Below are positions 26,402 to 35,224 of a stretch of 35,456 nt of DNA, in pieces. Where the stretch lies: positions 1-35,456 of the forward strand of contig JBBQUB010000001.1 in NCBI GenBank assembly GCA_038212865.1, written 5' to 3'. The translations under genes were made by a program, and so were the position numbers. Within the stretch, counting starts at the first letter, position 1; every line of letters begins with the position of its first letter. The stretch is from Actinomycetales bacterium. Lineage in GTDB: Bacteria > Actinomycetota > Actinomycetes > Actinomycetales > Dermatophilaceae. The notes beneath the pieces are model-generated. The model was not told where the DNA came from, made no database searches, and saw only the letters and a program-made list of their open reading frames with translations.

Positions 26402-27106
26402 ATGGCTGTGAAGAAGGTGACGTCGGCGAAGAAGGCTGCGCCGAGGCTCAAAGTGGTTCCTGCCAGGACTGGCAGCGCCACGGCAGTGCCGGCAGAAAAG
26501 CCAGCGACGAAGGGCGCCAAGGCCCCATCCACGCGCAAGCCACCCTCCAAGACCAGCAAGGCCGTGCCAGCCAGGCCCTCCGCAACGAGGGCGACCAGGT
26601 CCGCTACTGTGCCTGCATCCCGCAGCGGGTCCCGCACTCCCTCGAAGGCCTCAGCGACCGCGACGCCGTCGCAAGCCCCCAAGTCCACCGCCACGACGTC
26701 TCGCGCCCGTCAGCGACCGCTGCGGGTCCGCGAGGACGAGACGCCATGGACGGCGCATGAGCTCAAGTCGGTTCGCGCCGACCTGGAGGCCGACGTCGCC
26801 AGGCTGAGCTACGAGATCTCGGTGGCCGAGGCGGAGCTGGCCGGCCTCATGCGAGACGCCGGTGACGGGGCGGGCGATGACCAAGCCGACGCCGGCACCA
26901 AGACCTTCGAGCGTGAGCAAGAGATCTCGTTGGCCAACAACGCGCGCGTGATGTTCGAGCAGAGCCGGCACGCCCTCGGGCGGATCGCCGACCGAAGCTA
27001 CGGCATCTGCGAGTCCTGCGGCAGCCCGATCGGCAAGAATCGTCTTCTTGCCTTCCCTCGTGCGACCCTATGCATGCCATGCAAGTCCAAGCAGGAGCGC
27101 CGCTAA
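26402..27106 (+). CDS. DksA/TraR-family C4 zinc-finger protein with a ~105-aa Lys/Ala/Pro/Ser/Thr-rich N-terminal tail
   Basis: The C-terminal CESCGSPIGKNRLLAFPRATLCMPC (CxxC-N17-CxxC) is preceded by a coiled-coil-like region (ELKSVRADLEADVARLSYEISVAEAELAGL). The ATG at 26402 follows the SD GAAGGGG. The GTG at 26387 is the track start. Confidence 0.85.
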   Translation: MAVKKVTSAKKAAPRLKVVPARTGSATAVPAEKPATKGAKAPSTRKPPSKTSKAVPARPSATRATRSATVPASRSGSRTPSKASATATPSQAPKSTATTSRARQRPLRVREDETPWTAHELKSVRADLEADVARLSYEISVAEAELAGLMRDAGDGAGDDQADAGTKTFEREQEISLANNARVMFEQSRHALGRIADRSYGICESCGSPIGKNRLLAFPRATLCMPCKSKQERR

Positions 27107-27129
27107 TTCCCTCTCCCGACACGAGCAAG

Positions 27130-27813
27130 ATGATCAACCCGCGTTCACCGTCGCGACGACCGCTGTTCGTCGGGCTGATCCTTACCGCCGCGGTGGTTTA
27201 CCTCGCCGACCAGCTCACTAAGGCGTGGGCTTCTGCCAACCTCGAGTCGGGTCAACCGCGCCAGCTGCTCGGGTCAGTGCTCCAGCTCAGCCTGACCCGC
27301 AACTCCGGCGCGGCGTTCTCCATCGCCACCGGATCGACCTGGATTCTCACCATCATCGCCTCATGCGTCGTGGTGTTCATCCTCTTCACCGTGCGTCGTC
27401 TCGGCAGTCAAGGCTGGGCCTTGGCGCTGGGGCTGCTTCTCGGTGGCGCGCTGGGCAACCTGACCGATCGAATGTTCCGGGCGCCAGGTCCGGGCCGCGG
27501 TCACGTCGTCGACTTCCTTGCGCTGCCGAACTTCCCGGTCTTCAACCTCGGCGACTCGGCCATTGTCACGGCGGCCGGCCTGATCGGGCTGCTGGCCTTT
27601 CGTGGGATCAATGTTGACGGAACCCGTGCGGTCGACCACGCGCCCAAGCACGAGGCCGCTGAGCAGGCGCCCGAGCATGAGGCCGCTGAGCAGGCGCGCG
27701 AGCCCCTGGCGGCCGAGCAGCCGCCCGAGCACGTGGCCGCTGAGCAGCCGCCCGAGCACGTGGCCGCTGAGCAGCCGCCCAAGCACGTGGCGGGAACAAC
27801 GCACGATGCCTGA
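27130..27813 (+). CDS. lspA: Lipoprotein signal peptidase LspA (signal peptidase II) with a repetitive acidic C-terminal tail
   Basis: Motifs [10 protein letters not shown] and [12 protein letters not shown] (catalytic Asp regions), with 4 TM segments. The ATG at 27130 gives a short basic N-terminus before TM1. The ORF extension to 27070 would overlap the upstream gene by 37 nt. Confidence 0.9.
   Translation: MINPRSPSRRPLFVGLILTAAVVYLADQLTKAWASANLESGQPRQLLGSVLQLSLTRNSGAAFSIATGSTWILTIIASCVVVFILFTVRRLGSQGWALALGLLLGGALGNLTDRMFRAPGPGRGHVVDFLALPNFPVFNLGDSAIVTAAGLIGLLAFRGINVDGTRAVDHAPKHEAAEQAPEHEAAEQAREPLAAEQPPEHVAAEQPPEHVAAEQPPKHVAGTTHDA
27643..27792. repeat. In-frame 27-bp tandem repeat array (~5.5 copies) at the 3' end of lspA
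   Basis: Units start at 27643, 27670, 27697, 27724, 27751 and 27778 (partial). Units 4 and 5 are identical 27-mers (cccgagcacgtggccgctgagcagccg). They encode PKHEAAEQA / PEHEAAEQA / REPLAAEQP / PEHVAAEQP / PEHVAAEQP / PKHVA. Confidence 0.95.
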
Positions 27814-28735
27814 TGTCCGCTCGCTGTCCGTGCCGGACGGTCTTGAGGGAGAACGCGTCGACACGGCTCTGGCGCGCCTCTTCGGCCTGTCCCGCACAAA
27901 AGCGGCTGACCTCGCCGCCGCGGGAGCCGTGACCGTTGATCAGCGCACTGTAGGCAAGTCCGACCGGGTCATCGCGGGTGCGTGGCTCGAGGTCTCACTG
28001 CCCGAGCCGAACACCTCCGCACAGCTTGCGTTGGTTGCAGAGCCGGTGCCGGGCATGGCCGTGATCCACGACGACGACGACGTCGTGGTTGTCGACAAAC
28101 CTGTCGGTGTTGCCGCCCATCCGAGCGTCGGCTGGACCGGCCCGACGGTGATCGGGGGACTGGCTGCGGCCGGCTATCGCATCTCGACATCGGGTGCCGC
28201 CGAACGTCAGGGTGTGGTGCACCGCCTCGATGTCGGTACGAGCGGCCTGATGGTGGTCGCCAAGAGCGAACACGCCTACACCGTGCTCAAGCGGGCCTTC
28301 AAGGAGCGAACGGTCGACAAGACCTACCACGCGTTGGTGCAGGGCCTGCCGGACCCGACCCAGGGCACCATCGACGCCCCGATCGGCCGCCACCCCAACC
28401 ACGACTACAAGTTCGCTGTCCTGGCCGGTGGCAAGGCCAGCATCACCCACTACGAGGTCATTGAGGCGTTCAGGTCAGCCTCCCTCGTTGAGGTCCATCT
28501 CGAGACCGGGCGCACCCATCAGATCCGGGTTCACTTCTCTGCGCTGCGCCATCCCTGCGCCGGGGACCTGACCTATGGCGCCGACCCGACGCTGGCCAAG
28601 GCACTGGGTCTTGAACGCCAGTGGCTGCACGCGGTCGGACTCGGGTTCCAACACCCCGGCAGCGGCGAGCGGGTCGACTTCCGCAGCGCCTATCCCCAGG
28701 ACCTGCAGAACGCGCTGGAACGCGTCGGCGGCTAG
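27806..28735 (+). CDS. rluD: RluA-family (RluD-like) 23S rRNA pseudouridine synthase
   Basis: N-terminal S4-like segment ([33 protein letters not shown]), catalytic [15 protein letters not shown] and [11 protein letters not shown]. The ATG at 27806 overlaps the lspA end by 8 nt. The ORF extension to 27602 runs through the lspA repeat array in another frame and was rejected. Confidence 0.9.
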   Translation: MPDVRSLSVPDGLEGERVDTALARLFGLSRTKAADLAAAGAVTVDQRTVGKSDRVIAGAWLEVSLPEPNTSAQLALVAEPVPGMAVIHDDDDVVVVDKPVGVAAHPSVGWTGPTVIGGLAAAGYRISTSGAAERQGVVHRLDVGTSGLMVVAKSEHAYTVLKRAFKERTVDKTYHALVQGLPDPTQGTIDAPIGRHPNHDYKFAVLAGGKASITHYEVIEAFRSASLVEVHLETGRTHQIRVHFSALRHPCAGDLTYGADPTLAKALGLERQWLHAVGLGFQHPGSGERVDFRSAYPQDLQNALERVGG

Positions 28736-28742
28736 GGCACGT

Positions 28743-28824
28743 GCTCACTTGAGGCCGCTTTGCTCACTTGAGGCCGGTTCTCAGGCCGATTCTTGCCCCG
28801 AAAACCGGCCTCAAATGAGCAAAG
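28743..28824. repeat. Three copies of a 15-bp motif GCTCA(C/T)TTGAGGCCG (two direct, one inverted) forming a long hairpin in the rluD-dnaE spacer
   Basis: The direct copies are 28743-28757 and 28762-28776, and the inverted copy is 28805-28819. Positions 28758-28779 pair with 28803-28824, giving 22 bp with one mismatch and a 23-nt loop. It may act as an rluD terminator (no U-tract) or as a protein-binding site. Confidence 0.8.
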
Positions 28825-28896
28825 GTTCGGTTCGGCCGGATGGAGCCAGCGCTACCTGACCTGCCATCTGGCGGCGACGGGACGGCATACAAGAAC

Positions 28897-28918
28897 TGTC
28901 CTTCCCCCGGCATAGACT
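28897..28918 (+). promoter_or_regulatory. Candidate dnaE promoter: TGTC-N12-TAGACT ending 8 nt before the ATG (possible leaderless dnaE mRNA)
   Basis: TGTC at 28897-28900, TAGACT at 28913-28918 and ATG at 28927. There is no SD before 28927. Confidence 0.3.
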
Positions 28919-28926
28919 CGGTGCCG

Positions 28927-31900
28927 ATGCCATCCCAGCCAGCGCCCGACAAGAGTTTCGTCCACCTGCACGTGCACACCGAGTACTCCATGCTCGATGG
29001 TGCAGCCCGGATCGACGAGCTCTTCGAGCACGCCGCGCAGATGGCTATGCCGGCCCTGGCCACGACCGACCACGGTTACGTCTTCGGAGCCTTTGAGTTC
29101 TGGTCCAAGGCCAAGAAGTACGGCGTCAAGCCGATCATCGGCGTCGAGGCCTACCTCACGCCAGGCACGCACCGCACCGACAAGACCCGCGTCAAGTTCG
29201 GTGACGGCGGCCGTGATGACGTCTCTGGCTCGGGCGCCTATACGCACATGACGTTGTTGGCGCAGTCCACCGAGGGCATGCACAACCTCTTCCGGATGAG
29301 CTCGCTGGCCTCGATGGAGGGCTACTACTTCAAGCCTCGGATCGACCGTGAGCTGCTGGCGACCTACGGGCAGGGTCTGATCGGTATGACGGGCTGCGCC
29401 GGCGGTGAGATCCAGACCCGGCTGCGCCAGGGCCAGTACCGCGAGGCGGTCGCAGCGGCTGCCGAGTTCCGCGACATCTTCGGCGCAGACAACTTCTACT
29501 GCGAGCTCATGGACCACGGCATCCCCGTCGAGCGCCAGACTATGAAGGATCTGCTGCGCCTGGCCAAGGAGCTCGGCCTGCCGCTGCTGGCGACCAACGA
29601 CCTGCACTACACCAGTGCCGCGGACGCCAAGGCCCACTCGGCACTGCTGTGCGTCCAGTCAGGGTCCACCCTGATGGACCCGAACCGGTTCAAGTTCGAC
29701 TCCGACGAGTTCTACCTCAAAAGCCCTGAGCAGATGCGTCACCTCTGGCGCGAGCTACCCGAGGCCTGCGACAACACCCTGTTGGTGGCCGAGCGCTGCG
29801 ACGTGGGGTTCACCGAGGGCGAAGGCGCCTACATGCCGCGCTTCCCGTGCCCCGAGGGCGAGGATGAGACCTCGTGGTTCATCTCCGAGGTCGAGCGCGG
29901 CCTTCACGTGCGCTACCCGGGCGGTGTCCCGGAGGCTGTGCGCAAGCAGGCGAACTATGAAACCGAGGTGGTCGTCTCCAAGGGTTACGCGGGCTACTTC
30001 CTGGTCGTCGCCGACTTCATCGGGTGGGCCAAGAAGAACGGCATTCGCGTCGGTCCTGGCCGCGGATCGGGGGCCGGGTCGATGTGCGCCTATGTCATGG
30101 AGATCACCGACCTCGACCCGCTCAAGCATGGCCTGATCTTCGAGCGGTTCCTCAACCCCGAGCGCGCCTCGATGCCCGACTTCGACATCGACTTCGACGA
30201 GCGCCGGCGCGGTGAGGTCATCCACTACGTGACCGCCAAGTATGGCGAGGAGCGCGTCGCCCAGATCGTGACCTACGGCACGATCAAGGCCAAGCAGGCG
30301 GTCAAGGACGCCGCACGGGTGATGGGCCACCCCTTCTCGATGGGTGAGAAGCTCACCAAGGCGATGCCACCGGCGATCATGGGCAAGGATGTGCCGCTGT
30401 CGGCGATCTTCGACCCCCAGCACAAACGCTATGCCGAGGGCGCGCAGTTCCGTCAGGTCCACGACGAGGACCCCCTGGCCCAGGAGGTCGTCAAGACGGC
30501 TCTGGGCCTCGAGGGGCTGAAGCGCCAGTGGGGCGTGCATGCCGCGGGCGTCATCATGTCCAGCCAACCGTTGATCGACCTGGTCCCGATCATGCGCCGG
30601 GAGCAGGACGGCCAGATCATCACCCAGTTCGACTATCCGAGCTGCGAGGCGCTCGGCCTGGTCAAGATGGACTTCCTCGGCCTGCGCAACCTGACCATCC
30701 TGGACGATGCGCTGATCAATGTCCGTAGCAACCGTGGCGACGAGATCGACCTCGACGAGCTGAGCAAGACGCTGAACGACCCGGCCACCTACCAGCTGCT
30801 CGGCCGCGGTGACACCTTGGGCGTCTTCCAGTTCGACGGTGGGCCTATGCGCGCGCTGCTGCGCCTGATGAAACCGGACAACTTCGAGGACATCTCGGCG
30901 GTCGGCGCGCTCTATCGGCCCGGTCCGATGGGTGCCAACTCGCACACCAACTACGCGCTGCGCAAGAACCACCAGCAGGACATCTCCTACCCCCACCCCG
31001 ACCTCGCGCAGGCTCTGGAGCCACTGCTGGGCACGACCTATGGCCTGATCGTCTATCAGGAGCAGGTCATGGAGATTGCCCAGAAGCTGGCCGGCTACAC
31101 CCTGGGCAAGGCGGATCTGCTGCGCCGCGCCATGGGCAAGAAGAAGCGCTCGGTCCTTGATGCAGAATATGTCGGCTTCGAGTCCGGCATGTTTGCCAAC
31201 GGCTTCAGCCCGGCGGCCATCAAGGCTCTGTGGGACGTCCTGGTCCCGTTCTCCGACTACGCGTTCAACAAGGCCCACAGTGCGGCCTACGGCCTGGTCT
31301 CGTACTGGACCGCCTACCTCAAGGCCAACTACCCGGCCGAGTACATGGCCGCGGTGCTGACCAGCGTGCGCGATGACAAGGACAAGTCCGCGCTCTATCT
31401 CAACGAGTGTCGACGGATGGGCATCAAGGTGCTCCCGCCGGATGTCAACGAGAGCTCTGCGAATTTCACCGCGGTCGGCACCGACATCCGCTTCGGGCTC
31501 GCTGCCATCCGCAACGTCGGCCACAACGTGGTCGAGGCGATCGTGTCCGCGCGCCAGGACAAGGGGCGGTTCGTCTCGTTCGAGGACTTCGTCCGCAAGT
31601 CACCGGCTGTGGTCTGCAACAAGCGCACCATCGAGTCCCTGGTCAAAGGTGGTTCCTTCGACTCGTTGCAGCACACCCGTCAAGGCCTGGTCCGCATCCA
31701 CGAGGCATACATCGACGCCCTCGTGGACGAGAAGAAGCAGGAAGCCATCGGCCAGGACTCGCTGTTCGCCGGCTTCGGTGATGGCGGCGATGGTGACGGT
31801 GGCGGCGCTGAGATGTCCTTGCTGGCCATGCCCCCGATTCCGACGATCGAGTGGGACAAGGCGACGTTGCTGGCGTTCGAGCGCGAGATGCTCGGGCTCT

Positions 31901-32487
31901 ACGTCTCTGATCACCCGCTGTTCGGCATCGAGCACATCCTGTCCCAGCATGCCGACACCTCCATCGCGGCCCTGACCGGTGACGACAGCAAGCCCGACGG
32001 AGCTAACGTCACCATCGCCGGGCTGATCACTGGTCTGCAGATCAAGCGCACCAAGAAGGGCGACCTCTGGGCCATCGCCACGGTCGAGGATCTCGATGGT
32101 GCGATCGACTGTCTGTTCTTCCCCTCCGCCTACATGACCGTGTCCACCATGCTCGGCCATGACGTCGTGTGCGTGGTGCGCGGGCGCCTCAACCGCCGTG
32201 ACGAGACGCCGACGATCTTCGCCCAGGAGCTCACCCTGCCCGACATCAAGGAAGGGCCTCGGGGGCCCCTGGTGGTGACCCTGCCGCTGAGTCGGGCCAC
32301 CAGCGGCGTAGCCGAGAAGATCAAGGCGGTACTGGACCAACACCCTGGCGTGACCGAGGTGCACATCAAGCTCACCCAACCGGGGCGCTCCGTGCTCATG
32401 CGGCTGGACGACACGCTGCGGGTCACCATGTCGCCGGCACTCGTTGGTGATCTGAAGGCGCTGCTCGGGCCGGCCTGCCTCACCTGA
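28927..32487 (+). CDS. dnaE: DNA polymerase III alpha subunit DnaE (DnaE1 type)
   Basis: PHP domain FVHLHVHTEYSMLDGA, GPGRGSGAGS, PDFDIDF, LGLVKMDFLGLRNLT and FNKAHSAAY, with a C-terminal OB-fold region. The ORF is open from 28840, but the first 29 codons have low third-position GC (~69% by hand count). Family members start a few residues before SFVHLH. The ATG at 28927 is preferred, and the GTG at 28921 is possible. Confidence 0.96.
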   Translation: MPSQPAPDKSFVHLHVHTEYSMLDGAARIDELFEHAAQMAMPALATTDHGYVFGAFEFWSKAKKYGVKPIIGVEAYLTPGTHRTDKTRVKFGDGGRDDVSGSGAYTHMTLLAQSTEGMHNLFRMSSLASMEGYYFKPRIDRELLATYGQGLIGMTGCAGGEIQTRLRQGQYREAVAAAAEFRDIFGADNFYCELMDHGIPVERQTMKDLLRLAKELGLPLLATNDLHYTSAADAKAHSALLCVQSGSTLMDPNRFKFDSDEFYLKSPEQMRHLWRELPEACDNTLLVAERCDVGFTEGEGAYMPRFPCPEGEDETSWFISEVERGLHVRYPGGVPEAVRKQANYETEVVVSKGYAGYFLVVADFIGWAKKNGIRVGPGRGSGAGSMCAYVMEITDLDPLKHGLIFERFLNPERASMPDFDIDFDERRRGEVIHYVTAKYGEERVAQIVTYGTIKAKQAVKDAARVMGHPFSMGEKLTKAMPPAIMGKDVPLSAIFDPQHKRYAEGAQFRQVHDEDPLAQEVVKTALGLEGLKRQWGVHAAGVIMSSQPLIDLVPIMRREQDGQIITQFDYPSCEALGLVKMDFLGLRNLTILDDALINVRSNRGDEIDLDELSKTLNDPATYQLLGRGDTLGVFQFDGGPMRALLRLMKPDNFEDISAVGALYRPGPMGANSHTNYALRKNHQQDISYPHPDLAQALEPLLGTTYGLIVYQEQVMEIAQKLAGYTLGKADLLRRAMGKKKRSVLDAEYVGFESGMFANGFSPAAIKALWDVLVPFSDYAFNKAHSAAYGLVSYWTAYLKANYPAEYMAAVLTSVRDDKDKSALYLNECRRMGIKVLPPDVNESSANFTAVGTDIRFGLAAIRNVGHNVVEAIVSARQDKGRFVSFEDFVRKSPAVVCNKRTIESLVKGGSFDSLQHTRQGLVRIHEAYIDALVDEKKQEAIGQDSLFAGFGDGGDGDGGGAEMSLLAMPPIPTIEWDKATLLAFEREMLGLYVSDHPLFGIEHILSQHADTSIAALTGDDSKPDGANVTIAGLITGLQIKRTKKGDLWAIATVEDLDGAIDCLFFPSAYMTVSTMLGHDVVCVVRGRLNRRDETPTIFAQELTLPDIKEGPRGPLVVTLPLSRATSGVAEKIKAVLDQHPGVTEVHIKLTQPGRSVLMRLDDTLRVTMSPALVGDLKALLGPACLT

Positions 32488-32558
32488 GCCATCGGTGGGG
32501 GATGGCGGTCCAGCCCCGGCCAAAGGCACGACATCGCCTATCGACGAGGATGGACACC

Positions 32559-33074
32559 ATGACCGAGTTCATATCCGCACTGAACACCCCGAGCCCCTAT
32601 GACGCGCTGCCGCCGGTTCCGTCGTTCACGCTCACCAGCGAGGACCTCACCGACGGTGGCCGGATGCCGGCAACTCACGTGTCCGGTGAGGGAAACCTGA
32701 GCCCGCAGCTGAGCTGGTCGGGCGCGCCAGCGGGCACCAACGGCTACGCGATCACCTGCTTCGACCCGGATGCGCCGACCGGCAGCGGCTGGTGGCACTG
32801 GTTCGTCCTGGGCCTCGGGGCAGACATCACCTCCGTCGCGCGCGGCGAGCTCCCCACCGGCGCCTACTGCCTGCGCACCGACGGCGGGAACAAGCGCTAT
32901 GACGGAGCCGCGCCCCCACCCGGGCACGGCACACACCGCTACATCTTCGCCGTACACGCCCTTGACCAGGCCGACCTCGGGGTTCCTGCGGACGCGAGCC
33001 CGGCCGTCGGCGGCTTCAACCTGACCTTCCACACCCTGGCGCGCGCGATCCTGGCGGTGGGCTACTCGCGCTAG
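32559..33074 (+). CDS. YbhB/YbcL-family Raf-kinase-inhibitor-like (PEBP) protein
   Basis: CFDPDAPTGSGWWHW and PPPGHGTHRYIFAVHALD are PEBP signatures. The ATG at 32559 has GAGGA 8 nt upstream. The ATG at 32550 and the ORF start at 32502 are alternatives. Confidence 0.85.
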   Translation: MTEFISALNTPSPYDALPPVPSFTLTSEDLTDGGRMPATHVSGEGNLSPQLSWSGAPAGTNGYAITCFDPDAPTGSGWWHWFVLGLGADITSVARGELPTGAYCLRTDGGNKRYDGAAPPPGHGTHRYIFAVHALDQADLGVPADASPAVGGFNLTFHTLARAILAVGYSR

Positions 33075-33100
33075 GGACTCCGGGCAGAGACGATGTCGGC

Positions 33101-33106
33101 TACCGT
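33101..33106 (+). promoter_or_regulatory. -10-like hexamer TACCGT, 6 nt upstream of the ptrB GTG (possible leaderless start)
   Basis: TACCGT (33101-33106), gcctgc, then GTG (33113). The PEBP-ptrB gap is only 38 nt and has no SD. Confidence 0.25.
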
Positions 33107-33112
33107 GCCTGC

Positions 33113-35224
33113 GTGAGCACCGTTGAGCCAGTTGTCGCCAAGCACGTTGAGCACGTCCGTGAGCACCACGGTGACCGGGTGGTCGACCCGTTCGAGTGGC
33201 TGCGCGACAAGGACGATCCGGCGGTCATTGCTCACCTCGAGGCAGAGAATGCCTACGCCGAGGCGATGACGAGCCATCTTGAGCCGCTGCGTGCGCGGAT
33301 CTTTGAGGAAATCAAGTCGCGGACGCAGGAGACGGACCTGTCGGTGCCTGCGGCCTACCAGGGCTGGTGGTACTACTCACGCACTTTCGAGGGAATGCAG
33401 TACTCCGCACAGTGCCGGGTTTGCCAGGTGTCGGGTCGGGGGCGGCCCCAGCTCGAGCCGGGGGTCGCTCCCGAGGGTGAGCAGGTGCTGCTCGACGGCA
33501 ACGTCGAGGCCGAGGGGCACGAGTTCTTCTCGCTCGGGGCGTTCGAGGTGAGCCCGGATGGGCGCCGGATCGCCTATGCCGTCGACGTCGAGGGTGACGA
33601 GCGATTTGCCTTGCGGGTCAAAGACATTGGGACCGGAGTCGTCATCGACGAGGCGGTCATGGAGATCGGCTACGGCGCAGTGTGGTCCTTGGACGGGGAG
33701 CAGCTCTTCTACACCCGGTTGGACGAGTCATGGCGCCCTTTTCAGGTCTGGCGCCATGAGGTCGGAACTCCAGCGCAGGGCGACGTCTTGGTGTTCGAGG
33801 AGGCGGACGAACGGTTCTGGATGGGCATCGGGTCCTCGCGCGACGATGCGTGGGTCATCATCTCGGTGGGTTCTAAACTGACCTCCGAGGTGCTGCTGCT
33901 CGACGCGTCGGCGCCTCTGGGTGAGCCCAGGGTGGTGGCTCCTCGTCGTGACGGGGTCGAGTACGACGTCGAGCCGGCAGGGGATCGGCTGCTGATCGTG
34001 CACAACGCAAACCACCCCGACTTCGAGCTGGCCCAGGCCCCGCTGGATGCGCGGAGTCATGAGCAGTGGTCGCCGTTCGCTGAGGCCGTGCCCGCGGAGC
34101 GAATCCTCGGTGTCGAAGCGTTCGCCTCTCATGCGGTGGTGTCGTTGCGTCGTGACGGGCTGACTGCACTGCGGGTGATTCCGCGGGACCCTGCGCTCGC
34201 ATCCGGTTTCGGGACGGCGCATGATCTCGTCTTCGAAGAGCCGCTGTACTCCGTTGGTACCGGCAACAACCCGGAGTACGACAGCTCGGCGCTCCAAATC
34301 GTGTTCGAGTCCCTGGTGACTCCGAAGACGATCTCGGACTACGACCTCGCGACCGGGGAGTCCGCGTTGCTCAAGGCGCAGCCGGTGCTGGGTGGCTACG
34401 ATCCCGCCGACTACGTTCAGCGTCGCGAGTGGGCCACCGCAGCAGATGGGACGCAGGTGCCGATCTCGCTGGTTCATCGCAGCGACGTGAACGCGGATGG
34501 CACGGCTCCAGGGCTGATCTATGGCTACGGCGCCTACGAGATCTCTATCGACCCGTACTTCTCGGTGGCTCGCCTCTCCTTGCTGGACCGGGGATTCGTT
34601 TATGCCATCGCCCACGTTCGCGGGGGCGGAGAGATGGGCCGCCGTTGGTACGACACAGGCAAGATGGAGCACAAGACCAACACCTTCACCGACTTCATCG
34701 CGTGCGCGGACCATCTGGTCAGCGCTGGGTGGGTGGCGCCCGATCGTCTTGTGGCAGAAGGGGGTTCGGCCGGGGGCTTGCTGATGGGGGCAGTCGCCAA
34801 CCTTGCGCCCAGACGATTCAGGGCGATCCATGCGGCGGTGCCGTTCGTCGACGCGCTCACGACGATCCTCGACCCCTCGTTGCCCCTGACGGTGCCGGAG
34901 TGGGAGGAGTGGGGTGACCCCCTCCACCATGCGGACGTCTATCAGTGCATGAAGGGCTACACGCCGTATGAAAACGTTGCGGCTGCCCCGTATCCGGCCA
35001 TACTGGCGACCACGAGCCTGAATGACACCCGGGTCTATTTCGTCGAGCCGGCCAAGTGGGTGGCTCGCCTGCGCGAAACCGTCACGAGCGACCAGGTGGA
35101 GCGACCAATCCTCTTCAAGATCGAGATGGTCGCGGGTCATGGCGGCAAGAGCGGCCGCTACGACGCATGGAAGGAATACGCCTGGGAACTCGCGTTTCTG
35201 ATGGACCAGGTCGGCGTCAGCTGA
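33113..35224 (+). CDS. ptrB: S9-family serine peptidase, oligopeptidase B (protease II)-like
   Basis: N-terminal PVVAKHVEHVREHHGDRVVDPFEWLRDKDDP...LEAENAY, a beta-propeller region, the catalytic Ser motif GGSAGGLLMG, then SLNDTRV (Asp) and VAGHGGKSGRY (His). Confidence 0.9.
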   Translation: MSTVEPVVAKHVEHVREHHGDRVVDPFEWLRDKDDPAVIAHLEAENAYAEAMTSHLEPLRARIFEEIKSRTQETDLSVPAAYQGWWYYSRTFEGMQYSAQCRVCQVSGRGRPQLEPGVAPEGEQVLLDGNVEAEGHEFFSLGAFEVSPDGRRIAYAVDVEGDERFALRVKDIGTGVVIDEAVMEIGYGAVWSLDGEQLFYTRLDESWRPFQVWRHEVGTPAQGDVLVFEEADERFWMGIGSSRDDAWVIISVGSKLTSEVLLLDASAPLGEPRVVAPRRDGVEYDVEPAGDRLLIVHNANHPDFELAQAPLDARSHEQWSPFAEAVPAERILGVEAFASHAVVSLRRDGLTALRVIPRDPALASGFGTAHDLVFEEPLYSVGTGNNPEYDSSALQIVFESLVTPKTISDYDLATGESALLKAQPVLGGYDPADYVQRREWATAADGTQVPISLVHRSDVNADGTAPGLIYGYGAYEISIDPYFSVARLSLLDRGFVYAIAHVRGGGEMGRRWYDTGKMEHKTNTFTDFIACADHLVSAGWVAPDRLVAEGGSAGGLLMGAVANLAPRRFRAIHAAVPFVDALTTILDPSLPLTVPEWEEWGDPLHHADVYQCMKGYTPYENVAAAPYPAILATTSLNDTRVYFVEPAKWVARLRETVTSDQVERPILFKIEMVAGHGGKSGRYDAWKEYAWELAFLMDQVGVS

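Noticed and set aside
27643-27792. Regularly spaced 27-bp repeats that might be taken for a CRISPR array.
   Set aside because: The units are contiguous with no spacers. They are in frame within lspA, and no cas genes are present.
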